A stretch of DNA of 63,387 nt, the filler included, from Folioceros fuciformis (lineage: Eukaryota): NCBI GenBank assembly GCA_049999805.1. It is 12 parts of 12 records of this genome, joined end to end, with 100 filler letters (N's around TTAATTAATTAA, not from the genome) between each part and the next. Parts side by side here need not be neighbours in the genome. Positions count along the whole stretch, not along the records: positions 44,433 to 50,722 come from JBNGIO010001843.1; positions 50,823 to 59,297 come from JBNGIO010001844.1; 10 more parts are not named here. One strand, given 5' to 3'. A program made the position numbers and the translations under genes. The notes beneath the pieces were generated by a model. It saw only the letters and a program-made list of their open reading frames with translations. It was not told the origin of the DNA and ran no database searches. Of this stretch, positions 44,433 to 56,599 are shown in pieces; the first letter of the stretch is position 1, and the number at the start of each line of letters is the position of its first letter.

Positions 44433-47395
44433 AACCCGCACACAAAGATAGTGCAATGGTGGAACAAATTTTTTGTTATATCTTGCCTTGTGGCTATATT
44501 TGTGGATCCACTTTTCTTCTTCCTGCTCGCTGCAGATCAGGTAATGTGCTCATGTCTTTCCACTGATCTGGCTGGCGCACGATTGAGAACTGTCACAGAT
44601 TTCAATAAGACCATGACCTTTGACATGTTACAGACAAACTCGTGCATCTACACCGACAGGAATTTCTCTCTTGCAGTCACTGTCTTCAGAACTGTGACAG
44701 ATTTGTTCTACTTTGGCCACATGCTCCTTCAGGTTCGTGCAATAGCCTGCAATTCCGAGGAACGTGAATGTCTCAGGCTAGACTCTTAGTTCCCTTAATC
44801 CCGATTTCTCATTCTAGAGAGATCGTGAATCTCCCGAACTGGATATGAGCAATGTTGGGCCACATGCAGCTCAGTTCTGAAACAGGGCCTCTGGGTTGCA
44901 GTTCAGGGTGGCGTACGTGGAATCACGAGAAATCGGAGCTGGAGAACTGGTGGACGATCCCAAGAAGATTGCTTATAATTATTTAAGTGGCTGGTTCCTG
45001 GTCGATGCTATTGGCGTCTTGCCAGTACCTCAGGTCTGTATAAGCTTGTGTCTACCGTGTTCTTGCAGCGCTGTGTTGCTTAGCGGACTTACACTCTATT
45101 GAACGCTGGTGTCCAGATTATCATCTGGTTTGTGGTGCCCGTTTACGTGGGAAAAGCAGACTATTTTAAAAATATTATCCGAATTGCAGTTCTGGTTCAG
45201 TATTTCCCCAGAATGATCCGGTTTCTGCCACTTCTATCAGGGGACACTGCTGGAGGATTCATTTTTGAGACTGCTTGGGCTAACTTTGTTATCAACCTCT
45301 TTATGTATCTTCTTGCTGGGCATCTTGTTGGGTCCTCTTGGTACCTCTTTGGCCTTCAGGTATGATGAATCCAGTGGCCATCCCTATTGTTGAATTCGAC
45401 ACGTCACCAAATCTGCTCTCTTAGTTGCAAAGTGGAGGTGCCCCCGGATGGGAGAGTTATGTTAATGTCGCTGTGTTCCTTGTGCAGCGAGTAAATCAGT
45501 GTCTGCATAAGGTGTGCTCTCTGGAGAACAGTACCTGCAGATCTGACTACCTCGACTGTGGCTATGGTCACCGGGGTCTGGACGTATTCTCCCGACAGGT
45601 GTGGTCAAACAACACCAACGCAAGTACCTGTTTCGACCCTTCCACAACCGTATTCGATTACGGGATCTACCAAAGAGCTGTCCCTGTGGTGGCACTTCGC
45701 CAATCTTGGACAAAGTACATATATGCACTTTTTTGGGGCTTCCAGGTTCGGTCTACAACCATCGCTGCACTCCTCCTGTTACATCGAAAGCAGGTCTCTT
45801 GTTGATCCATAGCCCTTGTCTTTGGGTGCAGCAAATCAGTACTCTGGCAGGAAACCAGGTTCCAAGTCTTTTTGTGTGGGAAGTGGTGTTTGTGTTGGGC
45901 GTTACAGCCTTGGGTCTTTTCCTGTTCGCATTGCTCATTGGGAACATGCAAAACTTCCTGCAGTCACTCAGCAGAAGGTCTGGTCACATCTCAGACATAC
46001 GTCAGTTGTGCATTCCTGTGGTAGTGGATTATAGTGGATGTGCAATCTCGTTCTCCGGTAAACAGAAGCTCCTGTTTGCAACAGGAGGTTGGAGATGCAG
46101 CTTCGGAGGCACGATGCAGAAGGGTGGATGGCACGCAGGAAGCTGCCTATGGATATGCGCAGGCACGGGACCTCACCTTGTTGTCTGTTCAGATTCTTTC
46201 TTTACCCAAGAACTGTGGGAACTCCTGAGTGGTGGTGAGATGCAGATGAAATCACACTGGGTGTGAGTGGCTTGTCACAGGAAGGTGAGACAGGCTGAAC
46301 GCCTGAAGTGGGCTTCTACCCATGGTGTCGATGAGGAGGAGCTTCTGAGCAGCCTACCTGAAGATTTGCACAGACAAATTCGGCGGTTTCTGTGCTATGA
46401 TCTTGTGAAAAAGGTTGGTAACTGTCTTTTGTATCTTTGCCCCAATGCTTGAAAGCATTTGCGACAGGACGCATGTGGTGGACACCCTGCAGGTTGATAT
46501 CTTCAAGCATATGGAGGATCATGTGCTGGATGCCATCTGTGAGCTTCTGAAACCGAAGGTGTACATAGCTGGGAGCGAAATCATGCGGATCAACTTCCCC
46601 GTTGAGCGTATGATTTTCATCTTTGGCGGTTTGCTATCAAGCGGCGACACCGTTTTCCTCCAGGAAGGGGACTTCTGTGGAGAGGAACTGCTGGTCTGGT
46701 GTCTGGAGCAGGACTTGATAGAAGTTGAAGGTACGTAGCATCACTCTGTGGTGGAATAGCTGCCTTGCCTTGTGGACGCCATACCGGAGTCCACATGCTG
46801 AAACCTGTGTCGACAATGCGGTGTGTCCTCAATCAACCAATGTGGGCGGCAGCTCGATCAAAGGAGGGGTCAGCTCGATCAAAGGTTGCGTCATATCGAC
46901 TATCGGAGGGATCAGCTCTGCCAACGGAGGGCTCAGGTCTGCCAACTGAGGATTCAGTTCGGTCAACGGAGGGGTCAAGTCGACCAGGCCGAAGACCTCG
47001 ACCGCGGCTCATCGTCACGAAGCGAATGGGCCAACATGCCGTGTCAAGCAGGCTTGTGACCTGCATCACCAATGTCGAAGCTTTCACAATCGGAGTCGAC
47101 GATTTGAAGAAGCTCGTCAGTAGCTACAGTCGAGATATGCGAAACGCCCGGATTCAGCATGCACTCAGGTACTAGCCCATCTGTCATTCTAGCTCCCACG
47201 GCGTCAAACGCCTTCTGTCCAAGCTTGACAAAATGGCCACCTTTTTGCCCTTTGTGCTGCAGATATGCTTCCCCCTACTGGAGAAGCTGGGCTGCGCAAT
47301 ATATCCAAGTTGCCTGGAGATACCGGAAGAGGAAACTGATGAACGGCCCATCCCCTCGGGTTACGACAGTTACGACGGCCTGGCAAGGCTTATGA
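44433..47395 (+). CDS. CNGC: Cyclic nucleotide-gated channel, group IV-A (CNGC19/20-like), 5'-truncated; exons 44433-44540, 44634-44732, 44902-45033, 45117-45359, 45488-45745, 45832-45977, 46085-46162, 46281-46413, 46493-46730, 46853-47168, 47263-47395
   Basis: NPHTKIVQWWNKFF..IFVDPLFFF, GELVDDPKKIA, FIFETAWANFVINL, LFWGFQQISTLAGNQVPS (AGN filter), LLIGNMQNFL, EGDFCGEELL, TNVEAF, IQ motif YIQVAWRYRKRK. Splice sites preserve the frame. Confidence 0.95.
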
Positions 47396-47788
47396 ACAGT
47401 GAATCACAAATGTCCCATACTTCTCATACAAAAGAAAGCCGACACCTGCAAATCACGTAGGGGGAGCCATGCTCGGACGAAATATTCGCAGACTGCCCTT
47501 GTGTCTTCAGTTCCATTCTGTTACTTGTATACATCTTCATTTAGGGCTTTCAAGCTAAGGGCTTTCAAGCTCAGCCATCTTGAAGTCTCAGCCAGCGAGT
47601 AGGATGAACGTCTTCAATCTTCCCTTGCTCCAGCTCTCTCGATGTGACTCGGTCAGTCAACTTAAGTCTTCAGCCGGCAAGTAGGATTGTCGTCTTCTCT
47701 CCATAGTTCTTCCTGCCCTTTCCAAATACTGGAACTCGGTCAGCCAACTTAAGTCTTCAGTTGGCGTGTACATGCGCCAGTCCTCGCC

Positions 47789-49240
47789 ATGGATGAACGG
47801 GAAGAGAGCGTCAAGAACGCATACGGGGAATACTCCCCGCATCTAGGGGCGAAGAGATCTCTGCAGCGGCCGAAGCCTGGCATGGCATCGGCTGCACCAT
47901 CGCCTGCGCATGTGATTGACATAAATTTGCTGCCGGATCTTCTCAATGTACAGCCTATCACATTCACCCCCGCCCCAGGCCATGGGTCGGAGAAGGAGGA
48001 GGCCAAGGCGGAGGAGGGAGTCATCTTTGTCACTCCGCCAGGAGTCCAGCGAATCTACGCTCAGCTGGCTTCCATTGATGAGCCATTGGAAATTGAAAGC
48101 AGAGGAGAGGAGGCCGTTACCATCGCCATCGGAGGAGGAACCTTCTCCTTGTCAGAACAGCATCCCTTCGTCGGGCAGGAGCAGGAGCAGGAGCAGCAAC
48201 CTAGCTTTGGTCTGCGGAACTGGCTGCGATGGAGCGCCAAGGTGCTGACCAAGTTGGCGGCACTAGGTCTCTATGCGATGCTGCTGCTCCCCGGACACCT
48301 ACAGGTTGGATGGTACTACTTCTCGTCCAATTCCGTCCGCCGTAACATCGTCTACGGCGACATGCCTCGCAACATACTGGACTTTTACCTTCCGAAAGCA
48401 TCCCCTTGGGCATCCCATAGGGCAAGCCCGGTAGTGATCTTCGTCGCAGGTGGGGCTTGGATGATCGGGAACAAGGCCTGGGGAGCGCTGTTCGCAAGAA
48501 AGCTCTCGGAGAGGGATATTCTTGTGGCCAGCGTGGATTACCGCAACTTTCCAGTGGCCACCATCAGCCAGATGGTGGACGACGTCTCCAGGGCCATCTC
48601 CTTCGTCTTCCGGACTGCGCACTTGTACGGAGGCGATGCCGAGGAGCTGTACATCGTAGGGCAGTCTGCGGGCGCGCATCTTGCTTCTTGCGCGCTGGTA
48701 AGACAGGCTGAGCGGGAAGCTGCATCTGATTCTGTTTCCGGCTGGAAGGCATCTCAGATCTCGGCTTTCATCGGCATCTCCGGCGTTTACAACCTTCCTC
48801 TACTAGCAGACCACTTCCATTCCCGAGGCCTGCATCAAACTGTCTTGTCCAAATTGATGGAGGGCCAGGCTTCCTTCCCCCGCTTCTCCCCCGATTGCAC
48901 GGTGCGAGAACCTAGCTTCCAGCCGGCCCTCGCCTACCTCCCGCCCGTCCACCTCTTCCATGGCGGTGCTGATACTTCCGTGCCTCCCCTCTCCAGCACG
49001 TCCTTCGCGAATGCGCTCCGATCCTCCGCGTGCCAGGTGAACATCACAGTCTTCCCTGACAAGAGCCATACCGACATGATCGTCCAGGACTGGATGCGAG
49101 GCGGGAAGGACGAACTCTTGGTCGCCCTGTTGGAGATTGTGAATGCCAGTCAGGCCATGGACGAAATGCACCACAAGGGCGACAGACGTCTCGTGCCAGA
49201 GTGTTGCATTCAGCTGGCCCGGATCGTGAGCCCCTTCTAG
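47789..49240 (+). CDS. ICME: Isoprenylcysteine alpha-carbonyl methylesterase (ICME/PCME-like alpha/beta hydrolase), intronless
   Basis: YAMLLLPG..QVGWYYFSS..VRRNIVYGDMPRNILDFYLP, PVVIFVAGGAWMIG, DYRNFP, GQSAGAH nucleophile motif, LFHGGADTSVP, KSHTD..QDWMRGGKD, C-terminal LARIVSPF. Confidence 0.92.
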   Translation: MDEREESVKNAYGEYSPHLGAKRSLQRPKPGMASAAPSPAHVIDINLLPDLLNVQPITFTPAPGHGSEKEEAKAEEGVIFVTPPGVQRIYAQLASIDEPLEIESRGEEAVTIAIGGGTFSLSEQHPFVGQEQEQEQQPSFGLRNWLRWSAKVLTKLAALGLYAMLLLPGHLQVGWYYFSSNSVRRNIVYGDMPRNILDFYLPKASPWASHRASPVVIFVAGGAWMIGNKAWGALFARKLSERDILVASVDYRNFPVATISQMVDDVSRAISFVFRTAHLYGGDAEELYIVGQSAGAHLASCALVRQAEREAASDSVSGWKASQISAFIGISGVYNLPLLADHFHSRGLHQTVLSKLMEGQASFPRFSPDCTVREPSFQPALAYLPPVHLFHGGADTSVPPLSSTSFANALRSSACQVNITVFPDKSHTDMIVQDWMRGGKDELLVALLEIVNASQAMDEMHHKGDRRLVPECCIQLARIVSPF

Positions 49241-50011
49241 TCCTGGTTCTGTACGTGCTTTCAGCGAATGCAGCTCATTGCTTGTAAGGCCAAAGGACTG
49301 CCGAGGGCACCTGTTATTCTGTTTGTCGAGGTGTACTGTAATTAAATGTTTCGTTCACCTAGGTAGAGGTAGGTAGTAGGTAGTTGTCCACGGACTACCT
49401 CCGGTTACCGAAAGGATGTGGAAGCCTTCTTCTTTCCTGTAGAGAACGGTGTTGAACTTAATTAGCATAATGCACGAACGAGTCGTATTATTTCCTTCCG
49501 TCTTGGACTGGGATAATCCGTGGTTTTGATCTCAACTGCGAGGATCTCGGTACACATCCGGCAGAGGGCAAGGGATTGTGCGTGCTTGACGGGACTGCGG
49601 GGACGGCACATGTCATGTAATCTCAGGCATGCCGTGACTGTTGGGTCTCAACGATTGGATCTCCAGCACTGAGTTTGAAAGTTTGGTCTCGTTCTGATAG
49701 AGTTTGATCTGCGGCGGTGCCTTGAACTTCTTGCCTCAACTCGTTGCACATGAGCTTCTGTGACTACTCCTTGGAGGAGGCAGTGCTTGCGTTTTTGATG
49801 TCTTGCTTGTGGTGTGCGTTTCGGAGAAGGGAGGAAGCATCGTTAAGTGGAGAGCAGGGGATTGTGGAGAATTGTGGCCGCCAATAACGGACGTGCCTAT
49901 GCGCTCTGAGGTGATCCGTGTGTTGTCATTTGCTTGGGAGAAACGGCGAGCACGCTACCTGCACAACATCTACTAGGCTAGGGTTTGGGAGAAGAGCTGA
50001 GCGCATGCGTA

Positions 50012-50722
50012 ATGGGGCGAACGTCTGTACCTGTGAAGGTTTGGGATTTCCGAGCAGGATTTGAAGAGGATGGCTCGTTGGTTGATTGCGCGGAATATGC
50101 GTCTGCGTTGAAGGTGAGGAAAGCTGCGGTTCGTCCTGTGTATACAGTGAAGGGACAGCATGTGGAAAGAGAAAGTGATGTGTCGGAGGAAGCTCCAGGT
50201 GAACCTGCTCGGAGCTGGCTTGAGGAGCATCCTGGTTCTGACCTAGATGGTCGGATTCTCGAATCGCTCGTCGCGAAAGTGTCCGATCACTTGGAGAAGA
50301 GACAACGTCGAGCTGAGCGGTTTGGCATCAACTTGCAGGTGTCGGAGGCAGAGAGGCGCATTATTCGAGCTGTGAGGTGCTTAGTGCATGTGATTCTTGA
50401 GCAGAGATGCATTGTGGCACACTGCTGCGATTAGGTAGTATGTGCTCTACTCAAAGTGACATTACGTGATGCCGCAGGTTTGGCCCCGCTACTGATACTT
50501 GGAGCAGGAGCAAAACAAGGCCTCTTTCGTTGGTGGAAGAGGCAGCAAAGAGGACGGCTCGGTCGGTGAGGCAAGTATCTTGAATGGTGATGCTTTCTTG
50601 CCAGAGTATGAAGTGGGCATGGGGTTCCTGCACCAAGGTTTTTACCAATAAAATTTGTGGCTTATCCTTCACAGGTTCGGATCTGCGCAGCGAGAGGAGT
50701 CCACCCCATCGAAGTATTCTAC
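50012..50722 (+). CDS. MOS11: MOS11/THO1-like RNA-export protein, 3'-truncated; exons 50012-50376, 50478-50570, 50675->50722
   Basis: Repeated K-x-x-R-A-x-R-F-G motifs (EKRQRRAERFG, ERRIIRAVR|FG, AKRTARSVR|FG), with introns splitting R|FG in phase 2. Confidence 0.7.
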
Positions 50723-50822
50723 NNNNNNNNNNNNNNNNNNNNNNNNNNNNNNNNNNNNNNNNNNNNTTAATTAATTAANNNNNNNNNNNNNNNNNNNNNN
50801 NNNNNNNNNNNNNNNNNNNNNN

Positions 50823-51920
50823 TTTCCTTCCCAACACATTGGTGTACTCTGTACAGTAGTACCTTCGCCTCACGTGGGTATGAGTCCGCTTTGAATTTAC
50901 ATATCACAAATGTTCTAAAAGAAAAAAGCCGCCCCAGAAGCTTCCGGGGTGGTTAGCCACTTATATTCTTCCACCTGCCACTCCTCCATTGGCGCCGACA
51001 CTAGCCTCGTTTCTGTAGTGCACTCCTGGGGGCCATATGCGCATTCGGCACGCAACGCTCTGCACTCGACGTGTCCCTTCCACCTTGCATATGCTCTCCC
51101 TCGAAAGCAGTGACAGATATCCTTTCCTCTCCTCACATTCTGTTTCTAAACGCCTCCACATAGTGGGCGGTGGATACAGATACGTGGTGCCTTTTGTAGA
51201 CAGAGACTGGTGGGGATGCGCATCCATCCCACTATGCCATACAATTGTGGTGGCCTGGATCTGTAATGTAAGACTACTACTGTACACTGTAGCGGCGGGG
51301 AGCTTTCCATATGACCTTCTCCATCACCACGTTGTGTTCTTGAGAAGGCCACAAGCAGCAGGCAAACTCCTATCCGCCACGTCCTGCTCCCAATCGCAGT
51401 ACAAAATCGAACAAATGCTGCATTCCGGTGGACTGTGGGACAGCCGTCTGCATTAAAAATAGGGGCTCCAATCCGGAGGACGATAGCGCAAGATAGGGTT
51501 GATGGAAACTGCATCTGACCTGGGACTGGCTGCATTCCTTGCAACCAGTCCGGGGCATGCTGAGCAAGATCCTGTCCTCGGGAGCAGCATGTGAGTGAGC
51601 AAGTTCGTCCCATTTTCCAAGTCTGGATCTCCTGTTCAAACATGTTTTCAAATTGCATTTCAAAACACGATGCAGCTCTTCCTTGTGTTGAAGGGGGGAC
51701 AAGGAGGAGAATCGGTGTCTCGTAGAGCAGTAGATACCCGGTTCTAGTCTATATTCTTACATGCGCGACTGGAGCAAGCGCCTCAACCCTAGCACACCAT
51801 ACCGGCATGGCGAGAATCCTCCTCCACGATGCTGACAATCGCAAGTGGTAGTCTCGCAAGTTGCAGAAGCCAGAGCAGAAGCAGCAGCAGCAGCAAACGA
51901 AGGGCCCACGAGCATTCCCC
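50823..51920 (-). CDS. Possible 5' exons of an unidentified gene
   Basis: Ala/Ser-rich transit-peptide-like start (MLVGPSFAAAAASALASAT) followed by a GTAAG donor and several acceptor-like sites; exon structure unresolved. Confidence 0.25.
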
Positions 51921-52682
51921 GGTCACCGCCACGTTCAGAGAAACTTCGTTCCAGAAACCCTCCGGCCTCGGCGCTGTCCACAGCACTCTTTCCCCACAGC
52001 TGCAACGTTATTAACGGACGGCCCGGTCAACACGGCCACCTGTGTTTCCCGAGAACACGCGGCAGTTGCAACCGACCTTAAACTTCCCTCCTACCACCTA
52101 CCGGCTGGGAGGCGGGAGTTAGGGAAGCTCTAGGACCGGTGAAGACGCTCGAAGCTTGACTCGCTTGTTCCGATATGTATATCTGTATGCGCGTCTTGAG
52201 CTATGTGTGCCTTGGGTGAGCCGAGGAGTCAGCAGGTCTTATGTCAGTGTGGAAGTCATTGTTTGTCTCTCTATTTCGCCCCTGGCAGCTTCAGTTCGCG
52301 TGGACTTGGTCGTAAGCGCCTTCTCTTTTAGCCGATCTCGCGTCTCACTGCCCGGTCGCGTTTCATGGTTGCCGTTGTGCGCTATACGATGCTCTGGGGC
52401 TCTCGCAGGAGGCATTGGTGGATCGGTGGTTGGCCTTCTCTGCCGTGAGGTCTTCGTGTGAAGATACCGGGCTTCTGCCTCGTACACGACTATCTCGGTG
52501 AACTGCGGGCAGATCCAGCTCCCGGCAAGGAGGGTGTTGCATTGCAGCGTCCCGTTGTTATCAAGTGAAAGGGCTAGCTAGCTAGCTGAAAGGCCCCCAG
52601 CTGCTGTCAACAGGTCTCGGGCGGAAACGCTTCCCAGGCAGGTCAGATCCGGGCGTGGGGCGGCATTTGGAAGTAGGGCAAG

Positions 52683-52967
52683 ATGTGTCCGATGAGGTTC
52701 CTGCTCGTCTTTTTCTCGGCTGCGATTGCCATGTACTTTGCGTGGAAAAGCTTTCTGGCGCCGGCAGAGGAGCTTACACCGAATGTGGAAAGGGATGGGA
52801 AGAGCGGATCTGCTGCGACCAGGGAAAGTGGCTGCACCTTGTCCAGGGCTTCGTCGAAGGCAGCTTCATTCTTCTGGACTCTAGTGGATATGGCTAGTGG
52901 CCGTTATTTATGGAACGTCATCAACCAGGGGAAGCTGGAGAAGGCGGACTCCGTTAAGGTTTCTTGA
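52683..52967 (+). CDS. Conserved small plant membrane protein of unknown function (often labelled 'methyltransferase-related')
   Basis: Family-typical ends MCPMRFLLVFFSA..YFAW and FWTLVDMASGRYLW; 94 aa. Confidence 0.85.
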   Translation: MCPMRFLLVFFSAAIAMYFAWKSFLAPAEELTPNVERDGKSGSAATRESGCTLSRASSKAASFFWTLVDMASGRYLWNVINQGKLEKADSVKVS

Positions 52968-54410
52968 TGTTGCGGCGCTAGAACCCTGGAGACAGGGTTT
53001 CGGAACTGTAGGGCACGTCGGGCTTTGTTCGTGGTTCCCGTGGGCTCTCTGTACCCTTTTTTGACAAAATTATGCAAGTTCTGAGCTCAACGTCCTCCAT
53101 CGCTCCGGTTGTATTGGACCCTACGTGCTGTGCGGATTTGTGGAATGTTTATGAGCTTGTCCATTCATGTCTCAAGGGTTGCTAGCATTCTCAGGTTGCG
53201 GTTCATGCTTGGAGGCTGTTATTTATATGTTAGGTCGGCTTCAACGTATTGTTGACCCCAATCTGTCAAGCATCGTGCAATTGTATATAAATTGTTGATT
53301 CCGCTAGACCCTGTCCTAGGCGGCCTCTGTAAGTTTGTCTCTTCTGGAGAGTTCACAAATAAATCATCAGGTCTCATGCCTTTCTCCTGCCTCGGATAGA
53401 AGGGTCCCAAGGTTTCTGACCAAGTTTGATAGGACAGGAAGGTATGTCTCTATCTCACATCCCGGTTGTTCACTACAGGTGTATCTGCACTCACACCTAT
53501 GGAGAATCCAGACTCCTCGATGATGGGTGCTGTCTCCTACTGCAGCACCCACACTCCTCGGTGATGCCGCTGTCTCGCACTGCTGTCCTACTATGGGGCT
53601 CTTTAGACTGCTGTCCTTGGGGCCCGTCTTTCCAAGTCGTGTAGACAAGCTCAACCTGCGGCTGGTGCCTGTTGGAAAAAGATGCACCATCATCACTCTG
53701 CCGCCTGGTACTACTGTGTCATGCGAAGGCTCGTCTCCCTTTGCTAGGTTCGATGCCGTTGAAGCAAAGCAGGTCAATCCACAATTTCGCTGTAGCGCAT
53801 CGCTCTTCGGGTTACTTGCCCTTCATTTGTTCCCTAGGCCTCTTGCCTACAAGATACAGTTTCCTGTCTGTGTCGTGCCGTGAACTTTGTCCACTCGGTG
53901 ACGTACCTATTCCCTCCATAGAACATCGTACCAGTGAACTCTCAGCTCTTTGTTGCAATATCCACCCTAGAAATCTCATTTCTGCTGGAGTCGTTTGCTT
54001 TTTAGCTTTCCTTGTCTGCTTCCACAAAAGCCCGGTAGGTCGCACAACATCAGTTCCCGTGCCGAAGGGTAGTTAGTGGCATTCATTATGCACATGTGAA
54101 GAAGAGGAGTTGGCAGCCGCACAGCATGTGGAAGGTGGTGCAATCCCTCGAATCGGGAAATGAGTCTTCAACGTTCAACTTTTCCTCCACACTTTGGCTG
54201 TCACGGCTCATACACACTCAGGAGGTTTTGAAGTACGGACACGGATTTGCCCTACTATTAAACAGACACAGCGTGTGTACAATGGCTTCAGCTGAAAGTT
54301 GAGAGGAAAAAAAACCAGCAGGATGTATCCGCATGTTACGACAACGACAGCTTACTACTGACGGAGGACCCTACACTTCAGCCAAAGGCCATGGGAACGG
54401 CAGTGCTTGC

Positions 54411-55228
54411 CTAAACGCGGTAGCGGAGACGGTGAGCAGCCAGGATCGTGGAAAGGGCTAAGGCACACCAGCCCACGAAGGATGCGAGCAGAGCGCCAGC
54501 TATTCTCTTGCAGAAGGAATCGAACTTCGAGGATCCGCAAATGGGAGCCCAGTTGGCGTGTTCTTCGCCCCTCTCACCGAGATATGCCACAGCAGTTGCG
54601 GTGCTAGCGGCTGACACGAGGATCGAGGCCGCTATCTGGAAAATGGGAAACGAGGAGCTAGGCGTCATATCATCCAGTCAATTGATCACGCTGATAATGA
54701 AGAAATGTAGTGACTCTGCCTGCAAGAGTAAGCTTCACTTACGAAGTCCAGAATGAACAGTAGCAGAGATCCGCGCTTGTTGAACAACGTCACCACTGCC
54801 AGCACAATGGAGTAGAAAGCAATTGCAACATTTGCAGCCAGGAAATAACTGTTGCGAGACACGAGGCTTAGTCCAATTCAATATCCAAGGATCAAACTTA
54901 AGTTCGGAAGGCAAGACTAGCAAGCAAACAACTCCGGCAAGTTCATGAGATGTGTAAGTACTCACCTAAATCCATCCGCGTACTTCCACTTTGCCTGAGC
55001 AGGCACGAAAACGGTGACCGGCCGGCCAGTCGGGCCAAGTATCTGAAGTGGATAGCGTGTCTTCGACTGGTTGGACTTGAGAATGAGTATCAGTGCCGCC
55101 ACCGTCCCTAGTAACGTAATGATCCTCAGCAAGGCATCAATCCACCTAGACGCGCCTGCACGCCTGGCTGGTGAGGCATAGCCATCCTTTTGAACAAGAG
55201 ACGCTCCCTTCTCCTCGTCAGGATGCAT
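54411..55228 (-). CDS. CASPL: CASP-like (DUF588/MARVEL) membrane protein; exons 55228-54966, 54848-54743, 54635-54411
   Basis: DALLR in TM1, AKWKY..F.YFLAAN..YS, ILD, AVAYLGERG..HANWAPIC..FDSFC; classic 3-exon structure with in-frame GT-AG introns. Confidence 0.92.
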
Positions 55229-56599
55229 GTTCGGTGAGGATTGATGAGCGCGTTAATCAGACAACGACAGCCGGCTCACACCCCGTCACAGCAATTGCAA
55301 GTCCCCTTCCCAATGTCAGGAATCTGTCCCGGCCGGAAGAGCAAGCAATTATGGAGCCACGTTAGAGCAAGGCTGCAGCCGGGCGAACGGACGACAAACT
55401 TACAACCGCAGTCTCAAGGACTGGTCAAGTCGAGCAGCGATCCGCACACAGCGATTCAAGCAGGATCTTGCCGAAAGAAATCCAAGAAACGAGAGTGATC
55501 ACACACAAAACATCACCGCAATTCCACCCCCTGAACAGACCTCATCTCTTTCCAGAAAGCAAGAAACAAGCAATCCGCGCGCAGGAAAACGTTCACCTAT
55601 CTCAGCCGCTGAAATTGTCCAACCGCAGTTTGAATGTGCGTATCGCCAGCTCGTCACGGGACTTCTCGTGCCTCGCCTCCACAATTTACTCCCACGCCTG
55701 CACCACGTCTCTCTCCGCACTTACGCGCAACCGCACCACGGACTCCAGAGCTGCCGGTACCTTCCGAGAGAAGTAATTGATCGTTCACTGCTCTAGAATG
55801 CTCTCACGGTGGGACAAGCCTCTTATATCATTGCACTCCAGCACAGGAGTCGTTCGGATAGCGTCAAGCGCGCTTTCCTGCGGCCCGCTCCTGCCATGGC
55901 ACCGGCCCGCCTGGCTGTCTCTCATCAATCACCTGCTACCGTTTCCGTCTCTTTCTGGGACACCTGCCGTCTTGGGAGCCTCTTTCTGTGCGCGGCCTCT
56001 TTCCGCTCGTCGAGTAGGAGCCATGACTCCAAGCACTCCAGTCCCGACTTCCGAGCCCTCGTGAGCCAGGCCCTGTTCACACGGCAATGCACCCCCAGCC
56101 GACAGCTCTCCAGCCACGTTGAGGTGACTCAGTAGAGCCGTCTCGGATCAGGAGCAAGAATCTGTGAGAGACGCAACTCAGCAGCAATGCGACTTGGCGG
56201 TGTGAAACCAGATTTTCGCCTGGCATAGGACAAGACTTATGTAGACAATTTCCACCCCGGCGAGCTGTCGGCACACGCATAGCCCCAGCCTGGCCCAGCG
56301 CACGACCCGGTCGGTCCATTCAAATGTCAGGGCTGTCCTACTCAGTCGTTTCTACATTACCACAAGTGCACGACCCAAGACCAATGACGACCATGCAGTA
56401 TTACTTGCCACAACGTCAGGGATTCATTTAGGGGTCCAGAATTTCAGACAATCTTGCCGTCCTCGATGCCCGTGACCTGTTATGCTCGAGTGACTTTCAC
56501 GACTGTAGGCATCAAATAGCGCAGAATCTAGACACACGGCCTGCCTTTTACTTATCTCAAATGTATCATACGTAAATAAATTACAACAAGCCCTAAACA

